Source: Trypanosoma brucei
Taxonomy: Eukaryota
NCBI GenBank assembly: GCA_000002445.1
Contig: CM000207.1
Location: 2,944,001 to 3,008,000, forward strand
Length of the DNA: 64,000 bases
Direction: 5' to 3'
The notes under the pieces are model-generated. The model was given only the letters and a program-made list of their open reading frames with translations, ran no database searches and had not been told where the DNA came from. Both the position numbers and the translations under genes were made by a program. Shown here piece by piece: positions 1-12,698 of the stretch (positions are counted from its first letter, which is position 1; each line of letters starts with the position of its first letter).

Positions 1-5
1 GATTT

Positions 6-1406
6 TTACGGATTTCTGACCCTCATTTTTCTTTTTTTACAGGCAGCCTTATCTTTGTGCCTTGTACACCTGTCTGATGGTATTTTGCCATCTTGATTTG
101 TTGTATCTTCCTTCTCTATTTCTATACCTACTACGCACTTCTTTTCACCGTTTTCTGAAACTTCTTTGCACCCATCTTTGCAGTTATCTTCTTTCCCTTT
201 CTTTTCGCATGTGGTGTTGGTTATTGTTACAGTAGCTGCTTGCTTTGTGGCTGGTGGCGCTGTCGTTTGTGTTGCTTGCGGGGGTTGTGGTATGGGCTGT
301 GAGTATGCTGCTCGAGCTGTGTCTATCAGCCGCCTCGCGATAGCTGCTTGCGTCGCCGCTTCATTTGCCTTTTCTATGCTTTGTTGCATTGTGTTGTAGG
401 CGCTGATTAGTTTTTCTCCCCATTTTATGCTTGCTAGCCCCTTTCCCGTTTTTTTGGTGTAAGCTGCACTGTAGTCGACGCATACTTCGCCGTCGCCGCC
501 GTTGCAGTTGCCGGCGCCTCGCTTACCTAAGATATGGTAGACGGTTGTTCCTTGCTTGTGCGTCCGAATTCCTGCTGTGATACGTGTGATAATGCTGCCT
601 AGTTCGGTCAGCGCTATTGGTGACGTCTCCTGTTTCTGGCATTCCCCGAGTACTAGGGTGTGTGGCGACCCTGTTAGGTCTGAGTTCCAGGCTATCGCCA
701 GGCCACTGTTTTCGCATGTCTGCGGGTTGGGTGAACCGCTTTCAGCACACAGACAGATCATGTCGCCGATCACGGATTTGCCGCCGTTGGCGCTGCATGC
801 CGCTCCCCAGTTAGTGAGTGCTGTTAGCGCTTTGGCAAGTACGAATTTGCTATCTTCTACGCCCTCGCCGTAGATTGCTGCTGATATTTGTTTAACTACT
901 TGAGCTGGAAGCGTTGTGGTTGCTTCCTCTTTGGCTCCTTTGTACAGGGTATTCGTTGTTATCAGCTTCTCAAGGGTTCCATTTATTGAGCGGCGAGCTA
1001 CGGCAGCTGCCCATCCGGTTGGGGGCGGGTTGTTGTCTAACCAAGATTTTCCACTATCTTTTTTGGTTGTTTCGTGTTTAATCTGCAACCATTTGTCGTA
1101 CGTTTTCTGCCAGTGGCTCTTAAAGGGTTCGGCTTGCGCATGTTTGTGTTTTTGGGCGTAGGAGGCGGACTCGGGGTCGCCTGAGAAAATATCTTGCCAC
1201 TCATTGGCTGCCACTGACATGTTCATCTTTTCTATGTCCGCTATGTCACTATCAAAGTCGTCTGGCAGCTTCGGCATGGCTACTTCGCGCCCTCGCAAGT
1301 TTGCCGCATCGCAAAGCAGTAATAGGTCATGTCTGTTTTCTAGCGTTAATGCCGCCCTTCCGTGACTCGTCAGTGCTAGAATGGTGATTGCTAACGTAAA
1401 AAGCAT
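6..1406 (-). CDS. VSG: VSG, b-type N-terminal domain (GDMICLC motif) with Cys-rich CTD (CKDGCKEVSENGEKKCV). The 3' end runs off the window start, so the GPI-signal region could not be assessed.
   Basis: A 466-aa ORF with an N-terminal signal-peptide-like segment (ITILALTSHGRA). The YGEG, GGKSxIGDMxCLC and CVDY motifs match the VSG at 23029-24564. A degenerate 70-bp repeat lies about 1.3 kb upstream at about 2685-2770. Confidence 0.8.
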   Translation of the reverse strand: MLFTLAITILALTSHGRAALTLENRHDLLLLCDAANLRGREVAMPKLPDDFDSDIADIEKMNMSVAANEWQDIFSGDPESASYAQKHKHAQAEPFKSHWQKTYDKWLQIKHETTKKDSGKSWLDNNPPPTGWAAAVARRSINGTLEKLITTNTLYKGAKEEATTTLPAQVVKQISAAIYGEGVEDSKFVLAKALTALTNWGAACSANGGKSVIGDMICLCAESGSPNPQTCENSGLAIAWNSDLTGSPHTLVLGECQKQETSPIALTELGSIITRITAGIRTHKQGTTVYHILGKRGAGNCNGGDGEVCVDYSAAYTKKTGKGLASIKWGEKLISAYNTMQQSIEKANEAATQAAIARRLIDTARAAYSQPIPQPPQATQTTAPPATKQAATVTITNTTCEKKGKEDNCKDGCKEVSENGEKKCVVGIEIEKEDTTNQDGKIPSDRCTRHKDKAACKKRKMRVRNP

Positions 1407-2684
1407 GTGTTGTGCGTCTTATGTTTTGCAAAACGATGCGGATAATAAATTTGTCTGCTAAAATCTAAAAATTAGTAAAGGCTTGCATTTTTTGGCCCGT
1501 CGCAAATGTCATTCTGGTGATAGCAGCGGAATTGATCTTATTGGAAAAACATAATAACCATTATATCATGGCCAAAACGGCGGCAGGTCTGGCCTAACCA
1601 GCTGTTCTGTCCAATCCTATTCCCGGTTTGTTAGTGGGTAGCTTGCTATTCAGCAAACTACCTAAAAAGTTCGGGCAGCTGCGCATTCGTCTTCAAGAAT
1701 GGAGCCTTAAAAAATTCGTAGTCGCACATAAAATCACCAAGAATGCGTTTAAATACCTGTAGTCCAGAAGGCTTATGTTTTTTAAAGTCACGATTTTGCT
1801 GCAGAAGGTCATGGAATAGAAGATTGCACCGTTAGCAAAAATTTTATTTTCAGCAGGCTTTCCCCCTTTACTTCTCAATCCACATTGCTCTACATATATT
1901 GGATCTATTTATTACTCAATCAAATCATGTACTTCTTTAAATTAATGCACAGATATATACTCCTGAAAATTCAAATATTAAGGCATCTACCGCAGGGAAT
2001 TGTCTAATAATTGCTTGCTAGTGCACCTTTTTTCTCTAATAATACAACTCCTTTTTTTTTGTACGTACGCAATATGCTCTCTTGAAATACTTCGAAACGT
2101 GAATGCTTTGGGCCCATTTCCTTTTTGGCACAGGAAATTTTGTTTCTTTTCCCTTTTTCAACTCCCTCTCCTTCTTTATGCGCTTCATAAACTGTGTATT
2201 TCTCTTAATTTTAATGTGAATTACCAGGCCCGCAAGCCACGGAAAATTTTCGCCAGGATGCATATACGGCATCTTAGATGTCTTGTAGCTGACTTTTTGT
2301 ACATTATAAATATCTAAAATTTATATAGACTTTCTTATTCTTTTAAGGTCTTTTTCCTCTCTAACGTTAGTAAGCACGTTCTCATAACGCATTATTTTTT
2401 TTTATGTAAAAGGAAATGTTATCCCATTGTCCTTGCACGATGGACACTGCAGTTTCATGATTTGAACCTCCTATTGTTTGTGTGTAATGATAGCTGTAAC
2501 TTGCATTGTGTTACAGCGTGTCAATGTTTCATTTCTCTCTCTCGTTCTGCTTCTCCCTTAATAATAATATTCTTTGGACTGTCTCTTATTCCTTCACACG
2601 ATTACACTCACACTTACTTGATTTCCTTGCTCCTTTTTATTTGCCTTAAGTGTTACTATTCTCTATAACCATATGGTATTCACC

Positions 2685-2770
2685 ACCATTGTTTTTTAAA
2701 ACTGGTATATACACACTCACAACACACTCCTATCACTTTGATTACAACATCAACTAGTATCAATAAAATT
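2685..2770 (-). repeat. 70-bp repeat, a single degenerate unit in reverse orientation, upstream of the VSG at 6-1406.
   Basis: TATATACACACTCACAACACACTCC is the reverse complement of the GAGTGTTGTGAGTGTGTATATA core seen upstream of the plus-strand VSGs. Confidence 0.6.
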
Positions 2771-3059
2771 AACAAAAAAAGAAAAGAAACTTGATAGAAA
2801 AGCACTTAATTTTCATATCATATTACGTTATTACTACATACACAAGTCACTATCATACACATTTTATTTTTTATGCTTTTTAATATTTTTCAACCTCTTA
2901 AAATTTTTAGAGATATGCACGTTTTCATCAAAAAAATGTAGTAATATATCAAATTTTAGCTATTTTAGAAAATTATTTTAAAACGGCAAGTTTCATAAAT
3001 TTTCATAAATTCGAACAGAAATCCTTAAAATTTTATATTTCTTAAAATTCTATGAAGTT

Positions 3060-4500
3060 CATAAAAACAACATATACATGTGGAAAAGAAACCGTCATAT
3101 AGTCAGAAAATTATTTTTCTCCCTTGTCTGTTTCAGGTTTTGAAAAGCATTTCGGGTCTTTTTTCTTATCAAAATCGCAACCAGTTTCCTTTTTGCATGA
3201 TTTCTCCTTTATGTGCCTTTTGCGTTCGCTTGTTGATTTGGGTGACTCTTCTGTTTTGTCTTCTTTGGGAAATGAGGGGCCTTCTTGGCCGTTCTTTTTT
3301 TTTTCTTGTTCTGCGATGTAAACAGTGACGGTGTAATAGATTTGTGCATCCGCGAGCTCTTTGGGGTCATTTATCGTTTCAAGTTTCTTGTCTCCGCTGC
3401 TTAAAACAATCTCTTTTGGTGGTGTTAGTTCCTTGAGGTATTTTTCTATTGTGTTCTTCACATTGTGTACCTTCTCACCGATCAATTCTTTTAGGAATGC
3501 GCCGACTTTACTCTTGGTTTATGTCTTGCTGTAGGATGCTTCTGCTCCGTCTAGTTCCTTGGCGAGAACATCTTTTAACTTTTGGCTTTGCGCCAGCACT
3601 GCTAAGTTGGCGGTTAGTGTTATCCTTCTCAGTTGCTTGTTGGAATTTTAAAGCTTTTTTATCAACTTAAGGTTTTCATTTATTGTATTACTTCTTGGTA
3701 CTGTCTGCTTACTGTCGGCGTCGTTGTATTCTGTCGTTGTTCCGGACGTTATCATGTTGATTGTTACCTGTTTTGTCGTGAAGAGCTTGACCACCTTTTA
3801 TGCCTATTTCAGTAGCTACGCTTTTTGTGCAGCTGGAAGAGGTTACTGTCGTGCCGCCTCATTTGCTTCCCCCGCATACCGTTAGTGGCGCGCCTGCTGC
3901 TGCAACTGGGGTTTCTGGATGCGTTGTTACGATATTCCATGTTAGATCCGTTCCCGGTGGCTCCTCCCCCTCGTTGAGCCCCGTCCGGGTGTTCGGTGGT
4001 GACAGGCAAGTTCAGTGCTGCGGGTCGCTTAGCGTTACATCTATTTTTAGGTGACTTCCTGTTATCGGTGTGTTTGCTGTTCTTACATTTTTATCTGCTA
4101 CCGTGAAGTGGTTGAGGCTTTCGAATGTTTCTTGCGTTACAGCCAGTCGCGACACCGCAGCTATCCCCTGTAAGATATCAGTGATTTGGTTCGCTATTTC
4201 TTGCGCCGCCGTCTGGACGTCAGTCAGCATCTTTTGCGCTACCAGCTGTGCTGCCATTGTGAGTAGCTGTCGGAGCGACCCAGATAGTAAAAATAGCTTG
4301 TTTGTCGGTGCTGTTGCCGCTTTTAATTCGCTCAGTTTGATCGAAATTGTGTTCTTTGCATTGTCAGCGATTTTATGCAAGTACGTTGCCGTATCGTATG
4401 AAGTGTTGAGCCCGGTCTCATGGTTGTGAAGGCCAGTCCCTTTAGTTATTGGCGTCGCTTTCAGCACAGCTGTTACAAATAATGCCGCATGCAGCGTTGT
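3060..4500 (-). pseudogene. VSG: VSG pseudogene, a-type, with frameshifts between the N-terminal domain and the CTD.
   Basis: ORF 4012-4698 encodes a VSG-like alpha-helical N-terminal domain with a signal-like MTTLHAALFVTAVL. ORF 3111-3485 encodes a Cys-rich CTD fragment (KSCKKETGCDFDKKKDPKCF). The two lie in different frames. A 3' 16-mer-like sequence sits near 2930-2950, and a reverse 70-bp repeat lies upstream at 5745-5830. Confidence 0.55.
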
Positions 4501-5744
4501 CATCTGCTGAGGAGAATAAGCCTGACGTTTCTTTGCTAGATTTTGCGCTTTGTTGATATGATACGAAAGAAATGCAATTTTTTTACACAGTTCAACTTGG
4601 TCACTATGAACCGCTGTTTTTTGTCGCTGAATATAATATGCTACAAATTTGTAATTTAACGTCACGATTTGAGGTAAAAAAGCAGTCAGTTGAACCACAA
4701 TTTTTTCATTTTCAATAACAATCTATCTTGGTGTATATCTATGTCTCAAAACTTTGAAATTTATGGCTATCACTTTTCTTTGCCATTTTCTAATGTTCAG
4801 CTTTCGCTTTGACTAGGAATAAAAATATAACTTTGCGTTTTGTCGCGTACATGATTTTCCATTGCTCCTTGTTTTTTCAAGGTATTGTTTGTTTGTAGCG
4901 CATTTAGTAACGCCAGGCAATTTAGGTCACGAAAGTGTCTTCTTTTATGTTTTGACTTAAGTACTAAGGGGCAATTGCTGCACCTCAATAACCACTTTTA
5001 CATTGATGATCCGTTTATTGGAAGGTCTTTACGTCATACTAATATACCAAACGGAATTAAAGAAATGTTTCTTCTAATTTTTTCTCCTTCACGTAAAGCT
5101 TTTTTTCTTGTTAGATTTAAAACTTTCCTGTGGTTTATTACTTTTTATGTTCACAGTCATGCACTAGCAGTCCTAGTATTAAAATTCTTCTTCCAATAAT
5201 ATTATATTGATTCCCACAAATTTTCGATTATTATTACATCCAATAAGAAAAAGACATCAATAATATCTGACACTTACCCACTCGCTTTCTCCTTATGTTC
5301 TTTATTTACTGTTAAATATGAGGATAGTCCATCACACTAAAAACTACAGTTGCCGACATCGTCTCATTAGTGACATAAATACATTTGTGTGAAATAAAGG
5401 ACATTATTTCCTCTTGAATCGTTTATTTCTGTGTTTTTACAACCCATTTTGTTATTTTGTTTTGTACTTTCTTTTCTTATTGTCCTCTCTCACTATTGCT
5501 GCGTGTAACGTAGTTACTCTTGGTATGTACACTAAAGTTATTTTCTCAATCATTATCACCTCATTAACCTCCTTGTGCATAATTATGCCCGTCATAGTGT
5601 TTGTGCTTTAAAACTGCGCATATTCCACCTCTTTTATCCTATATTTCACTCCGCCACTGTCACACTCACTCACTTACTCCCATTACATTATTACCATTTT
5701 AAATTACTTCTATTTGTGCTTTGACTTTAGTCTTCACTCCGACA

Positions 5745-5830
5745 CTCATTATAATATTAGTATATACATATTCACAACACTATTCCATCATTATTATTAT
5801 TATTATTTATAAAATATCAAACAAAATTGG
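5745..5830 (-). repeat. 70-bp repeat in reverse orientation, with a (TTA)5 run.
   Basis: TATATACATATTCACAACACTATTCC followed by ATTATTATTATTATTATT. Confidence 0.6.
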
Positions 5831-5944
5831 AATAGCACTCATTTTTGTACCTTTTAACCCTATTACTTTGCACCCATATTCTACTTTCATACCAAATTTT
5901 TATTTTTTTATTTTTTTAAAAATTCACCGATCTTCATCAATGAG

Positions 5945-5960
5945 TGTTAAAATATATCAA
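5945..5960 (-). promoter_or_regulatory. VSG 3'UTR conserved 16-mer (reverse complement GTGTTAAAATATATCA).
   Basis: An exact reverse complement of TGATATATTTTAACAC, about 100 bp 3' of the CTD at 6063-6347. Confidence 0.75.
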
Positions 5961-6062
5961 TTTTACCAAATTCTTTTAAAATAACAAAGTTTCATAAATT
6001 TCATTTAATTTAACAAAAATCCTTAGAATGTTTAAATGCTACCAAGCTCATAAAAGCAACGG

Positions 6063-7585
6063 TCATCGAAAAAATTTCTTATTTACAAGAAAACTGGAAT
6101 CTTTGAAAGCATCACATTCCCACTTGTGATTTCCAGTGCAATCTTCCTTCTTTTTTATTATCGGAGCATTTCTTTTCTTTCTTCCCATCTTCTTTGCTCC
6201 CTCTGCCTGTGGTGGCTTGTAATCCGGATCCTTTACGCATTTTTTATTGTCGCCTTCACCCTCCACTTTGCATCCTTCTTTGCAGTTATCTCCTGTCCAT
6301 TTCTTTGAGCATGTTTCGTCTGTTTCTTTTTGTTTTTCTTTTGGCATTTGTTTCCGTATTTTTGCTTCCTCAATTAGTTTGGTGGTCTCTTGGCGGCGTT
6401 TCTGTTGGTAGCGAGCTAGTGCTTCTTCTAGCTATGTTTTAGTGTTAAGCTCTTTTAGTGTTTTAGTTTTTATTTCATTGGCGTCGGCTTTCTGGACTGA
6501 GTACTCTTTTAGTTTGTTCCATATATTGGTGTTGAATTCTGCTTGGTTGTCTCCTACGAGTTTTTTCCTAAGTTCTTCTTTGGTAGTGCCGGCGGGTAGT
6601 GTGGTTATTTGTGCCTGTGCTAGGTGAGCTGCCTCTACTGCTTGCTGTAGTTCGCTGTCGGTTTTCCAGTCGTCAAAGCTGGTTTCCGATAATTGTTTTG
6701 CAGGTGTCTGCTCTTGCGCTGCAAGTTCGGCATTGTGTTTTGCTGCGATTACTACGATCGATGGTGTCGCTCCTGCGTCGGCTGCCTTCGCTTGGTGCAC
6801 GCTCGTCATTGTTGGGCTGCCCGTTGAGACCTTGAACAACCCCCCTGCCCATGAGATGCCGGATCCGGCTGTCGCCTCGCCAGCCGTGTAGCCTTTGTCC
6901 TGTCCGTGCTGGTTAGTTGGCAGCTTTGGGCGTTCGTGTTCTGTGCAGTGTGCACAGCGCCGCTTTCATCGCTGTTTGCGTAGTAAAATTCTGGCTCGAG
7001 TTGTGTTTGTGCTGTCTCAAAATTTACTTCTTCTGAGCACTCTGGCATTAAGGTGTTTATGTCGCCGCCGCCCGAATCCCCGCCGCTTAAGTGTAAGCAA
7101 AAACGGTTGGACGGGTTGCTGCCTTTTGCCGCCGCAAAAACGTCTATTGTTTGTTTGATGTGTCCCGCTGCATACATGGAAGCTGCTGCTGCTGGTATTG
7201 CTTTTTGTGTCATGGCGGTCAGTTTATTGACATAAGAGTTGATTTTGTTGCCGACAAACGTTACAAGGACATCGATTGCTGGCTGGTCTTCCATAGGTGC
7301 GGCGCAGGCGGCGGTTTGGAGCCGTGCGTGGAGCAGTTGGAGGTTGTTGATTTTTTGCTCCCACTGCTTGACTGCTCCTATTGCGCCCTTTGTGGTTTTT
7401 ATGTAGTTTTGACTTAGTTTGCACAACCGTATCGCTGCCGCTTTTGACATAGCGTTACCTGCTGTTCCCTCCGTTTTTGTTATGACCAGCAGGGCGGCAA
7501 TGACCGCTGAGATAAGTGTAGTGCAGCGAACAGAAATTGTTGGCGGCGTCGGCTTTGTTGTATCATTGATTCTTCGTTGTTGCAT
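6063..7585 (-). pseudogene. VSG: VSG pseudogene, a-type, split across at least three frames.
   Basis: ORF 6806-7585 has a signal peptide (LISAVIAALLVITKTEG) and an N-terminal domain. ORF 6432-6839 is a mid-domain piece. ORF 6063-6347 is a CTD (GDNCKEGCKVEGEGDNKKCV...DSSFLVNKKF). The three are in different frames, so the gene is frameshifted. Confidence 0.7.
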
Positions 7586-8954
7586 ATCTGCTATAGTCTA
7601 TTCCAATATTGCTTCGGTTCTTAAAGCGAAAACAGTGTGAATTTTGAAGTTACGTTGTGATTGTAGATTATTTGAAAGGGAAGCTCATTTCGTTGAAAGT
7701 CAGTCCGAGGCCGCTTCATGTAGTTTGTCTTACGTCTTTTTTTTTGTTTATAAGGTTGTGACGGTCTAACCTTATACTGTAACACATTTTAGACTTAATT
7801 CTTTTGTGGACTGGATTGAGTTTTTCATTTCTGCATTAAAGGTGTCTGTGTTGCACTCGTTGGATTTCTTTGCCTAGAATGTTGGGTTGTGTCGAGTAAT
7901 CATATGAACTAAAGGAATCGTTGTCTGAATATCTCCACTGGGAATGTTGGTTCAAGTTTCTAGTTGTGTATTTGCATTGTATGATAAACAGTGTTCGCCG
8001 CAAGCTCAGTTACAAGTCTTAATCATTGCTGCGCTAAGCATCGCTTTGTGGCTAATTTATTTTGGTTGTCAGTTGTTGGGTTTTATCCTTTTTTTGCATC
8101 TGCGTCGTTTTATAAGATCTTTCCTTACCCCGATCGGCATCCTCTATGTAAGTTTCACTCAATAAGCAGAGTTTGTTTTAACTTCTTTCTTATGTCGTTC
8201 TGTTTTATGTTGCAGCCTTGATTTGGATGCTTCTATTTTCGTATGTTTTTTAAACTTTAAGCTGCAATCTAAACCCAGTTTTTTCCTTCACCCTATAACG
8301 CCAATATCGGATATACCTAGACTTAACGGTATAGAAAGGCATAAGGAAGATGAAATTCTACTTATAAACTGTCGATGCTTATGCACCCTCCCTGTTGAGA
8401 TAAATTTAGCTACACCCTTGTACACCATGGTATTTCTAATATGCTATATCTTCCTTTCAGGAGTCTTTTTCAAGCCTGCTGTTGACATCATTATAGACAA
8501 CAGCGAAATTCTTGTTTATGTCAAATAACTTTGCCGATTTTCCTGAGTATATGTACTTCTAAGGCTTAATGTTTCTACACTTTTCTGTGATTCTGTAACA
8601 CTTTTTTGCTGCTGTTTGTTTTTCTATCCTTGAACGTATTTCAGTGCTTTACTCTTTTGACAAAGATAAAGCACATGGTCCTGTTAATTTACACCAAATA
8701 AACCAATAGACTCATTCTTTTCTATCCTTTCTCTAATCTGTTTATGATAAAAAGCTTTAGATTCATACACTTAGATGTCATATCAGAGCCGAATATCTTC
8801 CAAGTTAGCACTTCTGTGAGTACCAGTATTGCACCTAACGTTGCAGCTGGTTTGCCCCAAAGTCTTCGAAAGCGCAGACGACGTGAAGTTAGTTGCATTA
8901 CCCACTCATTATTGCTTTAACTACTTCTATTTTCGCCATAAATTTAATTTCCAC

Positions 8955-9065
8955 ATCTTATTTCACAGTATTATTAGTACATACCAAGTTACAACAATTT
9001 TCTATCATTATCAATAATGTTATTCTTACTATTATAGACTTATATTACCACTAATATCCATAAAT
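8955..9065 (-). repeat. Degenerate 70-bp repeat in reverse orientation, upstream of the VSG pseudogene at 6063-7585.
   Basis: GTACATACCAAGTTACAACAATTTTC followed by AT-rich triplet-like runs. The similarity to the consensus core is weak. Confidence 0.35.
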
Positions 9066-9339
9066 TTAACTAAATTAGCAGGATAATTAGAATAGCACTC
9101 ATCTTTCATACTCTATTACTATACTATTATACACTCATATGTCACTATCATGCGCACTTTACTAAAATTTCAGATTCGCACAATTAGCAATGTTTTTAAA
9201 ACAGTGCTCAAATATGTCAAATTTTAGGAAAATTTTTTGAAATATTAAATTTTCATAAATATCGTAAATTTCAACCAAGTCCTTGTTATGCTGAAATGCT
9301 ACTAAACTCAAAAAAGAAGCAGCCATCAGAGCTAATTTG

Positions 9340-10860
9340 CTGATTTACAAGAAAAATGGAGTCACGACATTCGACTTTGTCCTTTTCATCCTCGTTATAT
9401 TTCCCACTTCTTCATCCACAATGCTTTTTGCCATCCTTGTTGACGGCCTCGCACGCCTCCTTGGTTGTATGGCTAGAGCAATTTACTCCTGTTGTTTTCT
9501 CCACAGTTTTGTCGGCAGGTACATCTCCCGCGTTTGTTTTTGCTTGTGTATCTGTGGCTTGTTTGTTTTCGCCCTGGTCCTTGGCACTTTGCTGGTTGAT
9601 CTGCGCTGCTAGATAAGAGGTTATCTTTCCTATAGATTTTCCCTGAACAATATCCACTAGTGTGCCGGTAACAACGTTGTCCCCTACAGTGATCTTGCGT
9701 ATTTTTGTCTGGGCGTCCGCTACAAAGTTCTTCTGGAACCCTTCTTCACTATCTGAAAATGCCTCTTCTACTGCCTTTTTTTTTGGCTGCTGCTTCTGTT
9801 GGCATTTTTTGGGGGTCTTTCCCGAGTGCGATGTGCGCTAACCCGGCGGCTGTTTCATCCGTTGCAAGCGTTTTGATGGTTTCAGCAGCAACTGAGTTCG
9901 GCACAGTGACGGTGTGCTTTAGGGCATGGCAGGTTACGTGAAGGAGATATTCTTTGGTCGTCGTTGCCCAGGGTGTGTTGAGCTTTTGTTCCTTACATTT
10001 GGTTTGCGCCGTGGGATCGTCGAACATTTGCTGCTCCACGAGTCTTATGCTTGTTGCTTGCGGTGTTGCTTCCGCCCCCAGCACTTTGCTGCCTGTTTTT
10101 GGACCGCTTGTTTGAACACACCAGCCCGAGCTGCTGCTTGGCCAGTCGATGGTCCCCATTGTGCCCTTTGCTCGAGCGACTAATGAGATTTTTTGAGCTT
10201 CGAAAATGTCGTTTGGCGCCAGTTTGAGCTTTGCTATTTTATTCAGTTCGATGTTGTTTTCTTTAACTTGTGTGTTGGCGTCGCTTTCAATTGAACAATT
10301 GTCTGCTTCCGTCAGCGTTGGTATGTGGACTACCGTGCAGCTTGTGGAGCTTGCCGACGGGTTGCTGTCGGCCCCGTTGTGGGTCGCCTGCGCTGCGGTT
10401 TGTATTGTCTTCATGTGTTTTTTCCTGGCCGCTAGTGCCATGGCGGCTCTTGCCCTTAGTGCTTTCACTGCTGGCCCTATGACTTTTTCTGCTGCTGCAA
10501 TTGACGACCTGGCTTGGTTTGCCCTGGCCTCTGCGTTTGTTGCCAGGACAGTATGGCCAGCAGCAGCCGGCTTACTGACTTTCATCTGTGCTAACAAGCG
10601 GTGTGCTTGTGCTAACTTTCCCTCTGTTTCGGTGAAAGCGGCGGCGGCTTTCGTCTTAGTTTTCAGCCGATTTGACAGAGCCACAAGATATCGTATTTCG
10701 TCACAGAGTGTTGTCGCTGCAGTTGCTGCTGTGTCTAAACCAGTGGCCTCCGTTACCCTGGTTGTCACGTGCTACAGCATTGCTAGAAGCACCGTGGTCT
10801 TCCAAGCCGTGTATGTCGCGCGCATGTCTACTAGTAATGGTTTGCAGTTCTGATAAGGTT
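9340..10860 (-). pseudogene. VSG: VSG pseudogene, with the N-terminal domain and CTD in different frames.
   Basis: ORF 9749-10768 (339 aa) is a VSG-like N-terminal domain with no in-frame signal peptide. ORF 9412-9657 is a Cys-containing CTD (NCSSHTTKEACEAVNKDGKKHCG). A conserved 3' flank lies at 9250-9335. Confidence 0.6.
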
Positions 10861-11744
10861 GTTTTGTGCGTTTCGCAAGCTGCTTTGGCAGCGTTTTAGT
10901 GTTTTGCCTGCGTTTTTTTTTACCTTTTTACAAAGGTTTAAGCTCACGTTGGAGACTACACTTGCTTATTGGTGCCTCTAATTTAGTGTCAGCGGTTTAT
11001 CGGTCTGTGTTTGCTGTCGTTGAAATAAATAAATATGCAAAAAAGTTATAAAAACACCAACGTGTGCCGATAAAAACGTATTAAATGCGTGAAAGCTTGC
11101 GATTTCAGCTGTAGCTCTTGCTTGGTATTTTTCTCCGACGCCGACTCAACACATTTGGTTTGGATGTTAGCATTTACTCGTTCTGAAAAACGAAGGTATA
11201 TGGACCTCGGTCTGCATAGCACTTTCTGCCCTCCGCCTTCAATAGCCTGCCGTTTCGCTACTTCAAACAACCCACACATCTGCCCTATAAAATGGCGCCC
11301 CCTGTCCTCAAAGTTTCTCATTAGGCTGGGACACCATAATAAAAATCACAATCACAACATCATCTCCTACATTGCATATTTCCATTTTTTTTTTGAAATA
11401 CGGCCCCAAAATCTCCCCCTGCTGCATAATTTTTGACTTCTCTGTATTGTCGCATACTACCTTCTTTCATTTCGTGTTTTACTTACCTTCCCTATTTTTC
11501 ATACCGCCACTTCTTCGAATAAATTAGAGCCTCCATTTGTCCTGTGCAGGTGAGTCTCTGGTCGAATTTCCCCTTCATCAACTCCTCGCGTATAATGATT
11601 CCCAACCTTATGTCTCTGTTTTAAACTGCGCATACTACAACTCCATCTCTTTCTTCACAATTACTTTCATTGTACCCTTCCCATTGTTTTAACTACTAAA
11701 CGTTACACCGTCTATTCTTTTATAACCACCACTTTTATTATTAT

Positions 11745-12420
<676 letters not shown>

Positions 12421-12698
12421 TCAAAATTGCTTAAATAAACAAAAATACTTAGAATATCATTTACTTTTTATATCCTATCACCATACCACTGTGCACCCAG
12501 AGGCCACTATCATACATATATTTCAAAAATTTTAGACAGATAAATTTCATAAAATTGAGAGAAAATTCTTAAAATCCTTAAAATATAAAACCCACTAAAG
12601 CAGCAGCGATCAAAGTAAATTTCTTATTGACAGTAAAACTATAATCCTTTCAAGCATTATTTTCCCATTTGCAGTTTCTAGTGCAATCTTTCTGTTGC

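Noticed and set aside
10206-10853. Long ORFs antisense to VSG genes (for example 10206-10853, 13195-13707, 13714-14220, 36265-36897 and 55382-55792).
   Set aside because: They sit entirely inside VSG coding regions on the opposite strand. Their composition is Ala/Ser/Leu/Cys-rich, as expected for the reverse complement of Ala/Thr/Lys-rich VSG codons, and no independent signal supports them.
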